Assembly: GCF_009914755.1 (NCBI RefSeq)
Contig: NC_060931.1
Length of the DNA: 64,000 nt
Source: the human T2T-CHM13v2.0 reference genome, Homo sapiens
Direction: 5' to 3' (one strand)
Shown here: in pieces, positions 15,740 to 31,388 of the stretch
Position numbering within the stretch: position 1 is the first letter of the stretch
Layout of the letters: the number at the start of each line of letters is the position of its first letter
Translations under genes and position numbers: made by a program
The notes under the pieces: generated by a model
What the model saw: the letters and a program-made list of their open reading frames with translations, nothing else
The model's database searches: none
Told to the model about the DNA's origin: nothing

Positions 15740-16039
15740 TTTTTGTCTTATTTTATTTTTATTGTTTTAGAGACAGGTTCTCACCGAGACTGAAGTCATG
15801 ACTCACTACAGCCTTAACCTCCTGGACTCAATCAATTCTCCCACCTTAGCCTCCCAAGTAGCTAGACTAGAGGGGCGTACCACCACACATGGCTACAATT
15901 TTATTTTTTATTTTTGTAGAGGCAGGGGTCTCGCTATGTTGCCCAGACTGGTATTCAATTCCTGGCCTCAAGAAATCCTCCCTGCTTGGCCTACCAAAGT
16001 GCTGGGATTACAGCTAGGCATAAGCCACTGTGCTGGGAC
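15740..16039 (-). mobile_element. AluJ, diverged
   Basis: ggggtctcgctatgttgcccag, cctggcctcaag, caaagtgctgggattaca. Confidence 0.85.
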
Positions 16040-16268
16040 TCTGATGGGATTTTTACATGTTAATGTATAATTATTAAAGAAAAATAAAATGCTTTTCTTA
16101 ACCACATTGCAGGTACAAAGAACAGCATCTCTGGAGAATGACTGTTAGGGTTTAGATATTATATTGCTGCCTTTTTTTCTTATTATGATAAATATCTGTT
16201 TACAAGCATTTTAATATTTATCAAATTACTTTTTTCAAGACATATTTCTTAAAATGGAAATCTTCCGT

Positions 16269-16602
<334 letters not shown>

Positions 16603-16700
16603 TTACATAAAGTGCTAAATTCATTTCTAGAATGTTTGCCATTTTTTTACTTCCCTGACCAGTAGTGAGACTTTGTTTCTTATGCTGACCAGAATATTAG

Positions 16701-17054
<354 letters not shown>

Positions 17055-17631
17055 AGTAGTATACCATTTTAATGTATATTATTTTAATTACTAGGGATGT
17101 GAACATTTTTATAGTGTTCTTGTCACCTGAAGTATTGTTTTGTGAATTTATGTTATTTGCATGCTTCCACGTGGTCATATTTGATATGCAATCCCTCATT
17201 TACTTACATTAATGTTTTAACTAGTATTTCTAGTCAGATGTCATTAAAACCACCAACAGAAGGGTTAATATATAAGCAGATTGAAATATACATATTGTAA
17301 AAGAGAAATAAAAATGATGTAAATGACTAGCAAGAACTCTCAAAAGAACCATCTGAAAACCTATTAGTCACGGTCTAAGTCAGCTCAGTACATGGCCAAT
17401 TATAAAATAAATGCACAAAAGTCAATGCTGTCCTAGCAAATATATCCAGCAGATAAAATATGTTGGTCTTAGCAAACATAAGCAGTAGATAAACTATTAC
17501 ATTTGAAATAACAAATATTTAAACACTTGGCTCCTATACATTTGTTATTTATTTCCATTAGAAGAAAACAATCAGGTTCTACTATTCGACTGAAGATAGG
17601 AAAAAAAAAACAGTTTTAAAAATAAAAAGAC

Positions 17632-17852
17632 AGGCCGGGCAACATAGCTAGAGCCCATCTCTAAAAAGGGAAAAAGGAAAACTTAGCTAGGCTTGGTAGC
17701 ACACACACCAGTAGTCCCAGGTACTCGGGTGGCTGAAGTGGAAGGATTACAATTGGTTGAGACCAGGATTCAAAGGTACAGTGACCTTAGGTGGCACCAC
17801 TGCACTCCAGCCCAGCCTGGGCAACAGAGCAAGACACTGTCTCAGAAAAAAA
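17632..17852 (+). mobile_element. Partial AluJ
   Basis: Truncated left arm plus diverged right arm and A tail. Confidence 0.75.
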
Positions 17853-18084
17853 AGTTTATATATATATAGCACCCATTTCCCAATGAGGGAACTCAAAATT
17901 GATTTGTGGGGCACTACCATCATAAAATTAAAGAGGAAATATTTTACAAATTTTAAAAAACATAGCATAGTAAATTTGGAAAAATGAAAAATGGAGTAGA
18001 CCTAGAAAATGCTTGAAAAAGATCAACAAATAGAAAAGGTGAGAGCTAGGGGATGAGATTACCCCTACAAAATACTGAAATTGA

Positions 18085-18240
18085 GTATAATTGATTCAGT
18101 CAACAAATGTGTGTTGGATCCCCTTGTGCCAGACCCTGTTCTGGACAATTATGATGTATCAGTGAACAACACAAACAGCCCTGCACTCATGGAGCTTACA
18201 GTCTAGCGATAGACAAAATAACATGCTAATTACACTAGAA
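18085..18240 (-). mobile_element. L2 3' fragment
   Basis: attcagtcaacaaat...tgtgccagaccctgttctgg...ccctgcactcatggagcttacagtctag. Confidence 0.7.
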
Positions 18241-20004
18241 TGGACACAAAAAGGGAGCAGAGCAGAACGTGCAGAAACAGAAGTAGTGAGAGACTGGGGT
18301 TTGTGGCAGTCCATGATAACCAGCTCTTTCCTCCCTACTAAGTGTCCCTCCTGCCCTCCTGAGGATCTAAGTTCATTCCAGTTCCCAACCATGCATCACC
18401 AACAGATCAAAAACGAACAAGCAGAAAAACAGTAACAACAGGGATGACAAGAAAACACTATAATCTACTATTGATTACTGTGGATTTGTTAGCTGGATTT
18501 ATGGATTACCTGTAAACTGAATGTAGTTATAACTGCATTCTCGCCCCAGCAACCTGGTTAATTGGGAATTAGCTAAGTGCTACAAAAGAGGTTATTTTGC
18601 AATAATTAAGGGTGCTTATTCAGTCTTCAATTTTGGTCTGATATTGTAACAGCTTACTTTAAATTGTGTTATTCAAATATTGCAAATAAGAAAAAATTTG
18701 TATCCACTTTATACCATTCCCTACCTGTCTGTTGCCCGTAAAATTCAGCTTTATGAAGAAGAAAACCCACCAGTCTTTTTTTGGGAGGTCTATTAATAAT
18801 GGACCACTAGATCTTTTCAGACTCCTACAGCATATCATTAAAAATCCAATGTTCCATCAATTACAGATGGCGATTTTTATGAGCTTCACTGCAATTTAAC
18901 TCTGCAGGTGTTTAAGATTTAAAATGAAAGTCATAAGCCATATCTTCACCTGAAATTAAGCCATTTGATCACAATATGTCATCCAAAACTGATTCTTCTA
19001 AAACAAGAAGAACTAAAACATTCAGGACTATCAAATGTCTACCTTTCAAACAATTTAATTCTTTGCAATGATATAAATTATTCTAGGCATAATGCTAACT
19101 AAATATTAATGGACAAGGCTGAATAAACTAAAAGTTAAAAAATAACATTCTTTATCTTTTTAACTATCATGTGATTCCAAATTCAAGAACTCCATCTTCT
19201 ACAATTAAATTTATGCTAAGCATAGCAAATACATATTTTTGTTTTCAGATTGATGAATTAGGGTTTGCAGAACAGGATAGATTACATGAGGGCAATGTTC
19301 TTTGCAAAATGCTGCTTGCACATTTATTATGTTTGTTGATGAACTTTAATTTTAAATGCCACGTTAGATGTACAACAAGAAATGGAAAGCTCCATTTAAT
19401 TTACTTAGCACTAATTGTATTATCTTATATTCTTTTAAATTCCAAGCTAAATGGCAAACCAAGATGTATAGGGTAACTACTGTGTTCCAGGTATAGCATT
19501 AGGGGCTAACACACACATTATGGATTCTTTCCCTTTGTAAATATGACCATGTTGCCACATGTAGCTATGCAGTATTCTAATGTATGAAAAATACTACAGT
19601 ACATTTGTCCTGTCTACTTCGATAAACATCAACATTGTTTCCAACTTGGGGCTCTTATAACAATGTTGCTGTGAATATTCTATCCACTTCTCTTGGTGCT
19701 TATGTGTGCAGTTGGCAGTGAAATTACTGGAAGGTAGGGTATGGACATACTCAGTTTTAGTCAATAGTGACAGTTTTCAAAATAACTGTATGAATTACTC
19801 TCTGATCATCAGCACATGTAAGTTTTAATTGTCATTTTAAAAGGGTTTGGGTAGTAAAAGGTGACAAACATTTTTCAACTTCCATATCTTTACATCTAAT
19901 ATAGATTTTATGACATGCCCAAAGTTACAGGTGGCTATGGCAAAAAAAAAAAAAAAAAAAAAAAAGCTTATCTGTCAGAAACACCTGAATGTACCTTTAC
20001 ACTG

Positions 20005-20361
20005 TGATATGCTTTGGCTCTGTGTCCCCACCCAAATCTCACCTTGAGTTGTAATCCCCATAATTGTGTCAAGGGTGAGACCAGGTGGAGGTAATTGAAT
20101 TATGGGTGTGGTTCCCCCCAGGCTGTTCTTGTGATAATGAGTGAGGCTCATGAGATCTGATGTTTGTAAGTGTCTGATATTTCCCCTACTTGCTCTCATT
20201 CTGTCTCCTGCTGCCCAAGGAAGAGGTGTCTTCCGCCATAATTGTAAGTTTCCTGGGACCTCCCCAGCCATGTGGAACTGTGAGTCAATTAAACTTCTTT
20301 TCTTTATAAATTGCTCAGTTTCGGGTATTTCTTCATAGCAGCGTGAGAACAGACTAATACA
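20005..20361 (+). mobile_element. THE1-family solo LTR (THE1C/D-like)
   Basis: tgatatg.tttggctctgtgtccccacccaaatctc ... agactaataca; TSD cactg/cacta. Confidence 0.9.
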
Positions 20362-21520
20362 CACTATTTCTTGCTTTGTGTCTGTGGACATGTCTAATAT
20401 GCTCTGCATACTACACTTTACACTGGCTTTGTAAAGGTCTCGTCAGTTTCCCTGCTTCTCCTTGTTCAGTGAAGTTTAATTTCACAAAGTAAAGATAAAC
20501 CATCCCTTAACTCTCAGCACATCACCTGCAGGCCACATTCTGCATTTCAGCAACTACCTCAGAGCCAGGCAGCAGAGTGGTGGTCTATACAAGTATCGCA
20601 CATGGCGTTAAAGAACCCAGGCTGCAGCGGTCTCAGCTCTCTTGTCCAGTTGGTTTTCCTCTGTTCCATGTCTATGGACCTTGACTGGAACCTGGGTAAC
20701 CATAGAGTAAGACTAGTAACAACACAGAGCGGAGAGATGCATAGGGCCAGAGGTGAATCTATCTCCATTCTTGAGAAAACACTCACACCGCTAATGGTAC
20801 ACATAAACAGCTCCATTTTTATACAGGCAGGACAGCATCCTAGAGAGATATTAACACTTTTTTTCTTACCCTTCTTTCCTCACTCCTTCTCCAGCACATC
20901 TGTACTTGAAAAGCCAGCACTGAATAACTATCATTTAGAACTATTTTGTTGAAAATAATAGAAAACACAACCTACACAGAAAGGGCCCACACGCTAAGGG
21001 GGTTTGAGCTCACATAACTGCTTAAGTCTCACCCCACCAGTGCATTCCTTCATGTTTTGTTCAAGGCCACTGCTCTCTTTCTCTGTGATGCTCTTGGTTC
21101 TGCCTGCCTCTAGTTGACAGCTTTGTCTTCACAGTGCCACGGTTCGCTTCCTTCATGGGAACTAAATGGATTCTGTTATTCTAGGCTTCCCACCTGCCCA
21201 CCACAATATACAGAAGGAGAGAGAGCAGAAGGATGAGAGGAAAAGTCCTGTCATCTAAGATCTTTGGGCTATGCCTAAACCATAACATTGGGATTGTCAA
21301 GGACTGATTGGCTTAACTAGACCTGATCCCTTTGGTGTGATTAGGATATTATCAACTGAGAGGAATCATGGTCTCCCCAAAAGATGGGGCTGGGGTTAAA
21401 CCCTCCCAAACAGCATGATGCCCATAAATGAGTGCACAGATGTTGAAGAGAAAACCATGGTGTCTACCACAGTGATCCTGATTGTTCCTTGTAGATTGAA
21501 TAGTCAATATTAAATGTCAG

Positions 21521-21522
<2 letters not shown>

Positions 21523-21568
<46 letters not shown>
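21523..21568. repeat. (TG)n microsatellite
   Basis: Perfect dinucleotide run. Confidence 0.95.
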
Positions 21569-21570
<2 letters not shown>

Positions 21571-24500
21571 TCTCTGGGCGAAAGGGCCAAAACTTTTATC
21601 AGATTATGATAGAAGTTTATAAATTTAAAATAGTTAATAATTACTGCTTTATGACTTGATTAAAAACAGTAACAACATCTCATAAATTAAGCTAACATTC
21701 AAATATCTTTAAGATGACTGAATTCGTTTATTTTCATCAAGTGTCATCTTTTTCTATATAAAGGAATGATACACTGTGATTCTGAGGCAAGTTCATAGGA
21801 GTGGTTAATCTAACCCTGCTATCAATCTTTCACGGTACCCTCAAATTGTTTCCCATCACCAATCACCATCCATCTCATCAATATAAAGGGTGACTCCTAT
21901 GAGGACAGCAGAATAAGGGGGAGCCAATCTACCCTCCCTCTCTCCTAAGATGAGCAGAAAAGCTTTCACAGGGAAAACTATTCTCCTATGCCTGACATCT
22001 CTCACATGGACCGATCTGGAAAGAAGAGAACAGAGTGTAAGTAGTGTGCCTGTTCCTACAGAAGAACCACAACCAGCTGTTCCTTACGGGGCCCAGCCAG
22101 ATAAAAAGCAAGTTAGTGCAGCTCTCACAAGAATATCTTCTATTGCTAATCACATATTACTGCCCAATGCTGCAACTGCTCTGCATAACAACTTCCCTTG
22201 CAGTCCTGGGGAATTTTGATCTCGGATTAGTGAAGAATTGAAGCAAATTTCAGGGCTATTTCTCATCTCCGACTGAAACTTGGTGAAACGAAGGCAATAG
22301 GAGGTCAGTCCAGAGCTGGTGGAAGAGCTCAGTCTGCACAGGCAAGGTGAGAAAGGGGCCCAGAAGTCATCTTTATGCTTCATTATGGTGACGTGCATAG
22401 ATAATTCATTAATCTGCATTAAAAACTCTCTCTTCTAAAACAATTTAGAGAATACACCTAAGTGACTAAAACGGTCCAGTCCTCATCAATGCCTCCCTGA
22501 CAAATGTTTCAAGAAGTAATTATAATAAATATGTCAGGGAAATTTATCACGGCAAACACATCCATTTTTTAAAAAAATTCATTCTTTAGCAGTTTGAAAT
22601 GATATTTATTGATTTTTCTCCAAACAGAAAGTTACAAGGAGACACCAGGTTGTGATCCATCCCATGAGAAAACATTCTTATTGAAGGCCCACATGTTTGT
22701 GTTATAATCCAAATGGGAACTTGGAGGACCAGAAGGTAGAATTAATCAGGATAAAAAACACGTTCTGGCCACTGTAACATTTCCTTCTGGACTAACTCCC
22801 AATCCAGATCCTCTCTCCTTTCTTCTTACCAGCAGCCCACAGTGAAATTACTCCTCATTTTTCAACCCCCATATGCTCAGGGTTATTTACTTCTATTTTC
22901 CCCAAGGCCAATCCTCTCGCCAATCACAATACTTATCCCATCATTGTGTGTGTTAGAGCTTTGCCCAAGTACGTTCTTCAGATCCCAAAGTCCAAGGATA
23001 TTAATAGGTGTACAATAAATACTTGTTTAATAAATAAATGCCAAGTATGTGCTGTGAATTGTGTTTGTGTACCTGGCACCAACTTTACACTGCTTTCATA
23101 AAGTTGATATCAAGAGGCTATTTAAAAACAAAAAAAAGGACTCATAGCTAAATAATTCTGGGAACCATTCGATTTGTTTTTTAAAAAAAAGGTCAGTAGA
23201 GAAGCCTTTCTCAAACTATTTACAGGCATTGTACTTTATGTACTGCTGATTTCAAGAAGATTGAATAACCATGGAATCATTTCTCTATTTGAAGGAGTTA
23301 TACCATGAGAATACTCTACAGGAACACAATATGAGCAATGCTGCTTTCTTGGTTTGCAAGACACTGTTCTCTTTTTTTGATTCTCTGCTTACTTCTCTGA
23401 ACATTCATTGTTTCCATAAACACACCTTCTTTTGCTTGCTATTTCTTTAAATTATAACCAATTTTATGCTTGTCTTCTTATATATACTCTTCTCTGTACT
23501 CCTCCAAGCACCTGTGTTTTTTAACTCTTTGAAATAACTTTAGACATTACCCCAACTGGCATTGGGGTAAACAAATTAATTATATTTGTAAAAATGTTAC
23601 AAATATAGGAGATAATTCATACATATCATTCATGTATCTTCTCTACCATTGACATCTTGTACAATCACAGCAGTTATCAAAGCCAAGAAATTAATGTTGC
23701 TCCAACAGTACTAACTAAAGAATTTATTTGGATTTTCCCAGCTGTTTCACTAATGTTCTTTTTCTGTTCTGGAATCCAACCCCCAGGGCCTACATTACAT
23801 TTAGTAATCACGTCTTCTTCATCTCCTCTGATCTCTGATAGTTCCTCAGTCTTCCATGACCTAGATACTTTTGAAGAGTCCTGGTCAGTTATTTTGCCGA
23901 ACGTCCCTTAGTTTGGGGTTGTCTGATGTTATCTCCTGACCAGATTTATTTATGTGGTTTTGGCCAGAATAACATAGAATCCATGTGCATTGTATCAGGA
24001 GGTATAAGATGTGGATGTATCTTAGTACTGACGAGTTTTACCTTGATCCCTTGGTTAAGGTGCTATCTGCCAGGTTTCTCCACTGGAAAGTTATTATCTT
24101 TCCTTAAGTAATTAATAAATAACCTGGGGGAGATCTTTTAGAATATGCAAATCTCTTATTTCTCCTTGAACTTTTGCTCGCCAATTTTAGCATTAAGGGT
24201 GGATCCTGCTTGCAACAAATATAATTGAGTGTTCTAATTTTTTGGTTTGTTTCTGTTTTGCCTTTTCTTACTGATTATCTGACACCACAAGATACTTCAT
24301 GCTTATCTTGAATTTTCTCTGCCCCAGTTCTGAACTCCACCACTTCCCCAAGGTACCCTAGTTCCTTCTATTGGAAAATGATATTTAAAATGTAAGATCT
24401 GATCTTTGTCTCTGTAGTTTCGTTCTTTCCAGAACATTATATAAATGAAATAATAGAGTTTATAGCTTTTTGATTGTGGCTTTTTTCACTTAGCATATTT

Positions 24501-26956
24501 TTTCTGAGATTCATCCATTTTGCTTCATGCATCAGAAATTCATTTCTTTTTGTAGCTGAGTAGTGTTCCACTGCATGAAAGTAACAATTTGTTCATCCGC
24601 TCACCTGTAGGTGAAGACTTCAGTTGTTTCATTTGGAATGACTATGAATAAAGTTGCTGTAAACAGTTGCATACAGGCCTGGTGTGTGCACAGTCTGTAG
24701 TTCTCTTGAGTAAATACTCAGGAATAGAATTACTGGGTCTATGGTAAAGGAATGTCTAACTTTACAAGAAACTGACAAACTGTTTTCCAAAGTAGCTGCT
24801 CCGTTTCACATTTCCACCAGCACTGTATGAGACTTCCAATTGCCCCCATACTGGCCTCACTTAGTTTTGGAAGTGAGGGGAGGGGATTGGTAACAAAAGA
24901 GCACAAGGGTATATTTTGAGGTGGTGAAACTATTCTTTCTCTTGATTATCATGGTGCTGATGGAATTGTAGACATGGTTGAGTATCATAAAACTGTACAC
25001 TAAAATGGGTATATTTTACTCTATACAAATTATACCTAAATAAACCTGAACTCATTCCCCCCAAAATACAAGATCTGAGTAAGAGGTACATTCATTGTTG
25101 TGGGGTGTCATTGTTTCTAAGCCCTCTCCAGGGACAGAACTCAAAAATATGTGTATGCATAACAACTATACACACAAATTTAGATTTATTTTTGTACCCA
25201 TCTCTGCATATATATGTATATATTTGTAATGCCCACATGCTTTTTAAAACATGAGTTCACACGGATACCACCAAGCTCCCTCCAACACCCCAGGGTTTAT
25301 TCTAGCCTTCCCTCTTTATATGTAGATTCTTTCTCTTACAATGAAAAGCTCAGTTCTCATTATCTACAATGCATTTACTAATGTATTCAACCCTAAATAT
25401 ATACATATAAAGTAGCTTCAGAATTGCTAACATATAACCTTATTAGAAATAAATTTACTAGAGTTTAACATTTTGCTCTATTCTTTTTGCCTTTGGGCTT
25501 ATAGTATCAAGTCAAAGTAATGCTTTTAAAGTAACTGGTTTGTTCCTGCCCCACATGTTGTGTGGTTGTGATACTCATCTATAATAGAGTTAGTTTCATT
25601 TGTTACAATTCGTATTCCATTTGAGTTCCCCAAATATCTTGTGTGTGCACGTTAAGTTACATAGATTAAAACTCACCCTCATGTTGTACAATTTCGTATA
25701 TTTTGACAAATGGATAAAATCACGTATTAACTACCAAGATTTTAATACAGAATGATTTCATCACCCCAGAAATTCCTTTGTGGTATCCTTTTGCAATCAG
25801 CCCCTCCCACCTAATTCTAACCTCTGGCAGCTACTAACTTGATCTGTACCTCTGTAAGTATGCCTGTTACAGAATGTCTTATAAGTGGCATTATTTGGTA
25901 TTAGTCCCTTGAGTTTTGGCTTCTTTGACGTAGCAAAATGCATTTAAGATTTATTCACATTGTTGCATAGATCAATACTTCCTTTCTTTTTATCAGTGAG
26001 TAGTACTCAATTGTACGGATATACCACACTTATTTATCAATTTACCAGTTGAAAGTTACCTAAGTAGTTTCCAGCTTTTGATGCTTACAAATGAACCTGC
26101 TATAAATGTTCCTGTACAGGTTTTTATGTGAGCACACCTTTTCATTTCTCTTGAGTAAATACCCAGGGACGAGATGCCTGGACCATGTGGGAGATACATG
26201 TTTAACATTATCAGAAAGTTCTCACTTTCCCATGGGAGATGAAACATTTTGCATTACCACAAGTAAAGAAATCCAGTTGCTCTGTGACGTTGCTTGAACT
26301 TTGTGTGGTCAGCTTGTTGTTTTGTTGTTGTTCTTTAGCTATTCTAATAATACTCATAGAGTGGTATTTCATTGTGGTTGGAAGTTTTGCATTTCCATAA
26401 TGACTAATGATATTGAGAATCTTTGCATGTGTTTGTTTTGCATCCACACATCTGTAGTTAAGTTTCTGTTTACATCTGTTTCCTCATTGTTGACTGGGTT
26501 GGTCATTTTCTTACTGTTAGGATTTAAGAGCTCATTACATGTCTAGAGTCCTTTGTCAGAAATGTAATTTGCAAATACTCTTTACCAGCCTGTGGCTGTC
26601 TTTGTATTCTTTCAACAATTTTAAAATTATAACAAAGTCCAGTTAGTGATTCTTTCCTTTTATGAATATTGCTTTTGATGTTGTATCTAAGTCTCAATGT
26701 CACACAAATATTTTCCCAATTTTTTAAAGAAATTTTCATAGATTAAATTTACACGTGAGTCTATAATTTTTAATTAGTATTTCTATGGGTGGGCATTTAT
26801 TTTTCATACGCATGTCCCGTCTTCCCAGCACCATTTGTTGGAAAGACTGCCTTTCCTCTGTAAAATTACTTTGCATCTTTGCAACAAGTCAGTTGGTTAT
26901 ATTTATGTGAGTCTATTTCTGGACTCTAATCTGTTTAATTGAACTGTATATCTATC

Positions 26957-27331
26957 TGTATTAGTCTGTTCTCATGCTGCTAACAAAGACATACCCAGGA
27001 CTGGGTAATTTATAAAGAATAGAGGTTTAATTGACTCCCAGTTCAGCACAGCTGGGGAGGCCTCAGGAAACTTACAATCATGGTGGAAGGGGAAGCAAAC
27101 ACGTCCTTCTTCATGTGACGGCAGCAAGGAAACGTGCCAAGCAAAGGGGGAAAAGCCCCATATAAAACCATCACGCCTCAGGAGGACTCATTCACTATCA
27201 CGGGGACAGCATGGAAGTGACTGCCCCCATGATTCAATTACCTCCCACCAGGTCCCTCCCACCACACTTGGGGATTACAGGAACTATAATTCAAGATGAG
27301 ATTTGGGTGTGGACACAGCCAGACCATATCA
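26957..27331 (-). mobile_element. THE1-family solo LTR (THE1C/D-like)
   Basis: tgtattagtctgttctc ... accatatca; perfect 5-bp TSD ctatc. Confidence 0.92.
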
Positions 27332-28544
27332 CTATCCTTTGGCAATACCACACCGTGTTGATTGCTGTGGTTATAAAATACATCTTGAAATCAAGTATGA
27401 GTATCCCCATTATGTTATTTCCTTTCCAATTTTGTGGGTAGCTATTTTAGTTCCTTGGCCTTGCACATTTTATAATGAACTTGTCAGTATCTGTAAAAAT
27501 CACTTTGAGATTTCAATTCAGATTGCATTGAACAAACATATAATGTTGGGGATAATTGACATCTTACCGATATTAGATCTCCCAAACAAAGAAAACAGTA
27601 TATTCCCCCAATGATTTAGCTTTTTGTTAAATTTCTTTAATCAGTTTTATACATTTCAGCATACATACAGATCCTGTAAATATTTTTTAGATTTAGTCCA
27701 AAGTGTTTCATTTTTATGCTATTTTGAATGGTAATTTTTAAACTTTGAATTAACATATGCACTGCTAGAACATAGAAAAACAATTAATTTTTGTGTTTTG
27801 ACCTTGAATCTTGTGACCTTGCTAAACTCACTAATTAGTTCTAGAACATGTTTTGTGGATTTCTCGGGTTTTGCCATGTAGAAAGTTATTTTGTCTGCAG
27901 ATAGAGGCAGTTTTATTTCTTATGTTCAAATTTTGAGGCCTTTATTTCTTTTCCTGACTTCTCTACCAACCTGTGGTAATAAGTAAATAAAATACTATTA
28001 ATAAATAATTTTCGTAACTAGGACTTCTAGTATGATGCTAAACAGGAGTGGATCTTTTGGATTAACCACTCAGTTTTCACCATTAAGAATTATGTTAGCT
28101 GTAACTTGTTTATAGAAACCCTTCATCAAGTTAAATAAGTTCCACTCTATTCCTACCATACTGAGAATTGTCTATCACGAGTGGATATTATAATTTATTT
28201 TCAAATTCAATTTTTGTGTCTATTGCAATAATCATATAGTTTTCTTGTTTGCTCTACTAATGTGAATCACACTGATTGATTTCCAAATACTGAACAAGCC
28301 TTGCATGCTTGGAACAAACTTGACTTGGTTGTGATGTGTTACTCTTTTTATATATTGCTGGATTGTATTTGCTAGTATTTTATTGAGAATATGTGTGTGT
28401 TTGTTCATGAGGGATATTGGTTTTTAGTTCTCTTTTAATCTTTTGCCTGTTTCTGGTATTACATTAGTGATGGCCTCATTAATTGAGTTGAGAAGTGTTC
28501 TATCTTCTCTGCTTTTTAGAATATGTTGAATAACATTTTATTAC

Positions 28545-28860
<316 letters not shown>

Positions 28861-28948
28861 TAAATACCGACAGAATTCCAAGTAAAACCCTCTGTTCCTG
28901 AAGTTTCCTTTTTGGAAGAATATTAACTATTCCTTCAATTTATTTAAT

Positions 28949-29424
28949 TGATAACCTTAGGTCACATTTGGCAAGCTTCCAAATTACCCACGTGGTGATG
29001 GTCTTATGATTCATGGTGAACCTTTTGTCCTTGAATAAGGAATCCTCAAATTTTATTGTCAGTTCCTCACACGATTGACATATCGATTAACATGTAAACA
29101 ACTGACACACAGACACTGCTGATTTGTTCTAGAATCATGAAGTTTTACTGATTGTCTTGCACACAGACATTTTAGCCTGTATGTTGCAATCTCTTGCCAA
29201 TGATCTTAACCTCTGTATTGTACCTTCCGGTGAAAAGGACAACTCTGATATGAGGAGTCACCTTTCCTTCTCCCAAACTTCCTTATAAAAGCCTTCGGAC
29301 TTGTAGCAGACTTTGGAACATACCCACTTTGCTGATGTGTCTTCCCCAGTCAATCCTCATATGTGGCTTCCAGTAAGCCTTTACTAAATTTTTTCTGCCT
29401 AAACAGCCTTAATTTCAGTCAACA
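28949..29424 (+). mobile_element. Solo LTR, probably ERV1 class (family not assigned)
   Basis: TG...CA ends (tgataacc ... gtcaaca), 4-bp TSD taat, TATA-like cttataaaag at ~29283, inserted in L1. Confidence 0.7.
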
Positions 29425-30224
29425 TAATTGGTACAAACATATTCTGCTTGCCTATTTCTTGAGTTATATTTGGCAGTTATGGCTTTTATAAGCTTATGGG
29501 CATAGAATTGTTCATTTAATTTCTCTTTTATATTTTAAATTTATGTCTTTTATTTTCTCTTGGTGAGTTCAGTTACAGGTTTATCAATTTTATTGGTCTT
29601 TAAAAATTACCAGTTTTCGGTTTAATTGATTTTCTCTATTGATTTTTTATTTTCTTTTTTTTTTTTTGTCTTTGTTGCCATCTTTATTATTTCTTTCCTT
29701 CTGCTTGCCTTGGGTAAAACTTGCTTTTCCTCTTGTTTCTTAAGAGGGAAGCTTAGATCATTGATTTAAGATCTTTCTTCTTTTCCAGCATAAGAATTTA
29801 GTTGTATAAATTTTCCTCTAAGCATGGCTTTGTTCATTACACAAATTCTGATATAGTTTATTTACACTTTGATGTAGTTCAAATTATTTTTAAATTCCTT
29901 GAAACTTTCTTTTTGACATGCAGGTTATTTAGAAACATGTTTAATTCCCAAGTATTTAGGAATTTTCTAGATACCTATTGGATATTAACTTCTAATTTAA
30001 ATCCCTAGCAATTTGAGATCATATTTCATGTGCCTTCTGTTCTTTCAGATTTGGTGAGGTTTATTTTATGGCCCAGAATATAGTCTATCTTGGTGAATAA
30101 TCCAGATGTTCTTGCATACTAACTTACAAATGTCATTAGGTAAATTGAGTTAACAGTAGTCTTTCCAAATTCTTACCAATATTATGCCTGCTTTAAAAAA
30201 AAATATATATATATATAAAATACA

Positions 30225-30236
30225 CATACACACACA

Positions 30237-30268
<32 letters not shown>
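30225..30268. repeat. (TA)n/(CA)n microsatellite
   Basis: Dinucleotide runs. Confidence 0.9.
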
Positions 30269-30271
<3 letters not shown>

Positions 30272-30451
30272 AAGAAAAGAGTTTCAGTCTGTAACCACAA
30301 TTGAGGATTTGTCTTTTTTAAAAAAATTTTTGACTTCCTGTGGGTTTTTAAAATTTTTGGTTTTGTGTGTTCTGTCGTTAGGTGCACGCATACATAGTAT
30401 TGTTACACCTCCCTGGAGAAATTCCTCCTTTATCATTATGCAATACCCCTA

Positions 30452-30596
30452 TTTGCTTCTGATAATTTTTCTTGTTTCTTTTATATTAATATCATAGAAA
30501 AGTATTTTCTTTTATATATTATTATATAATATATAAAAGTCTTTTCTTTTCTATGATATTAATATAAAAGAAACAAGAAAAATTATCAGAGGCAAA
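30452..30596. repeat. Nested AT-rich palindrome (51-bp outer arms, 13-bp inner arms)
   Basis: 30452-30502 is the reverse complement of 30546-30596 with 1 mismatch; 30509-30521 is the reverse complement of 30527-30539. Confidence 0.92.
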
Positions 30597-31056
30597 AGTC
30601 TTTTATATCAGAGGCAAAAGTCTTGTATATGATATTAATATAACTACTCCAGCTTCTTTGTGTTAATGATTTTATTGTTTTTCTTTTAACCTATCTAAAT
30701 CTTTATATTTAAGTTGGATTTCTCAAAAAGAGCTTATAGTTTTTTCTTTTTTAATCCAATCTGACCATCTTTGCCTTTTAATTTGTATGTATAAACCATT
30801 CACACTTAATATTACAGTTGATCTCTTTGGATTAAAATCTACCATCCTCCTAGCTCTTTTCAAGTTGTTCCATTTGTCTTTGTTTCTTTTTTCTTCTTTT
30901 TCTGATTTGTGCTTATTGTTTTCATTGTTTCATTTTATCTCTTTTATCAACCTATTACTTATGCCCATGTTTACACATTTTATTGGTGGTTGCCCTAAGG
31001 TTTACAATATGCATTATTAATTAATCAACATCTAACTTTAAATAACATTATTCTCC

Positions 31057-31353
31057 CAGCGGGACGTGGTGCCTCACACCTGTAATCCCAGCACTTTAGA
31101 AGGCCAAGGCAGGCAGATGACCTGAGGCCAGGAGTTCAAGACCAGCCTGGCCAACATGGTGAAACACCATCTGTATTAAAAATACAAAAATTAGCCGAGA
31201 GTGATGATGCGTGCCTGTAATCCCAGCTACTCAGGAGGCTGAGGCAGGAGAATTGTTTCAGTCCAGGAAGTGGAGGTTGCAGTGAGCCAAGATCGTGCCA
31301 CTAGACTCCAGCCTGGGCAACAGAGTGAGACTCTGTTTCAAAATACATATATG

Positions 31354-31387
<34 letters not shown>
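31057..31387 (+). mobile_element. Alu (AluS) with (TA)n-converted tail
   Basis: Dimeric Alu followed by a TA/TG run. Confidence 0.92.

Positions 31388-31388
<1 letters not shown>

Noticed and set aside
19941-19966. Isolated A25 run as a retrocopy tail
   Set aside because: No clear TSD or identifiable upstream retroposed body.
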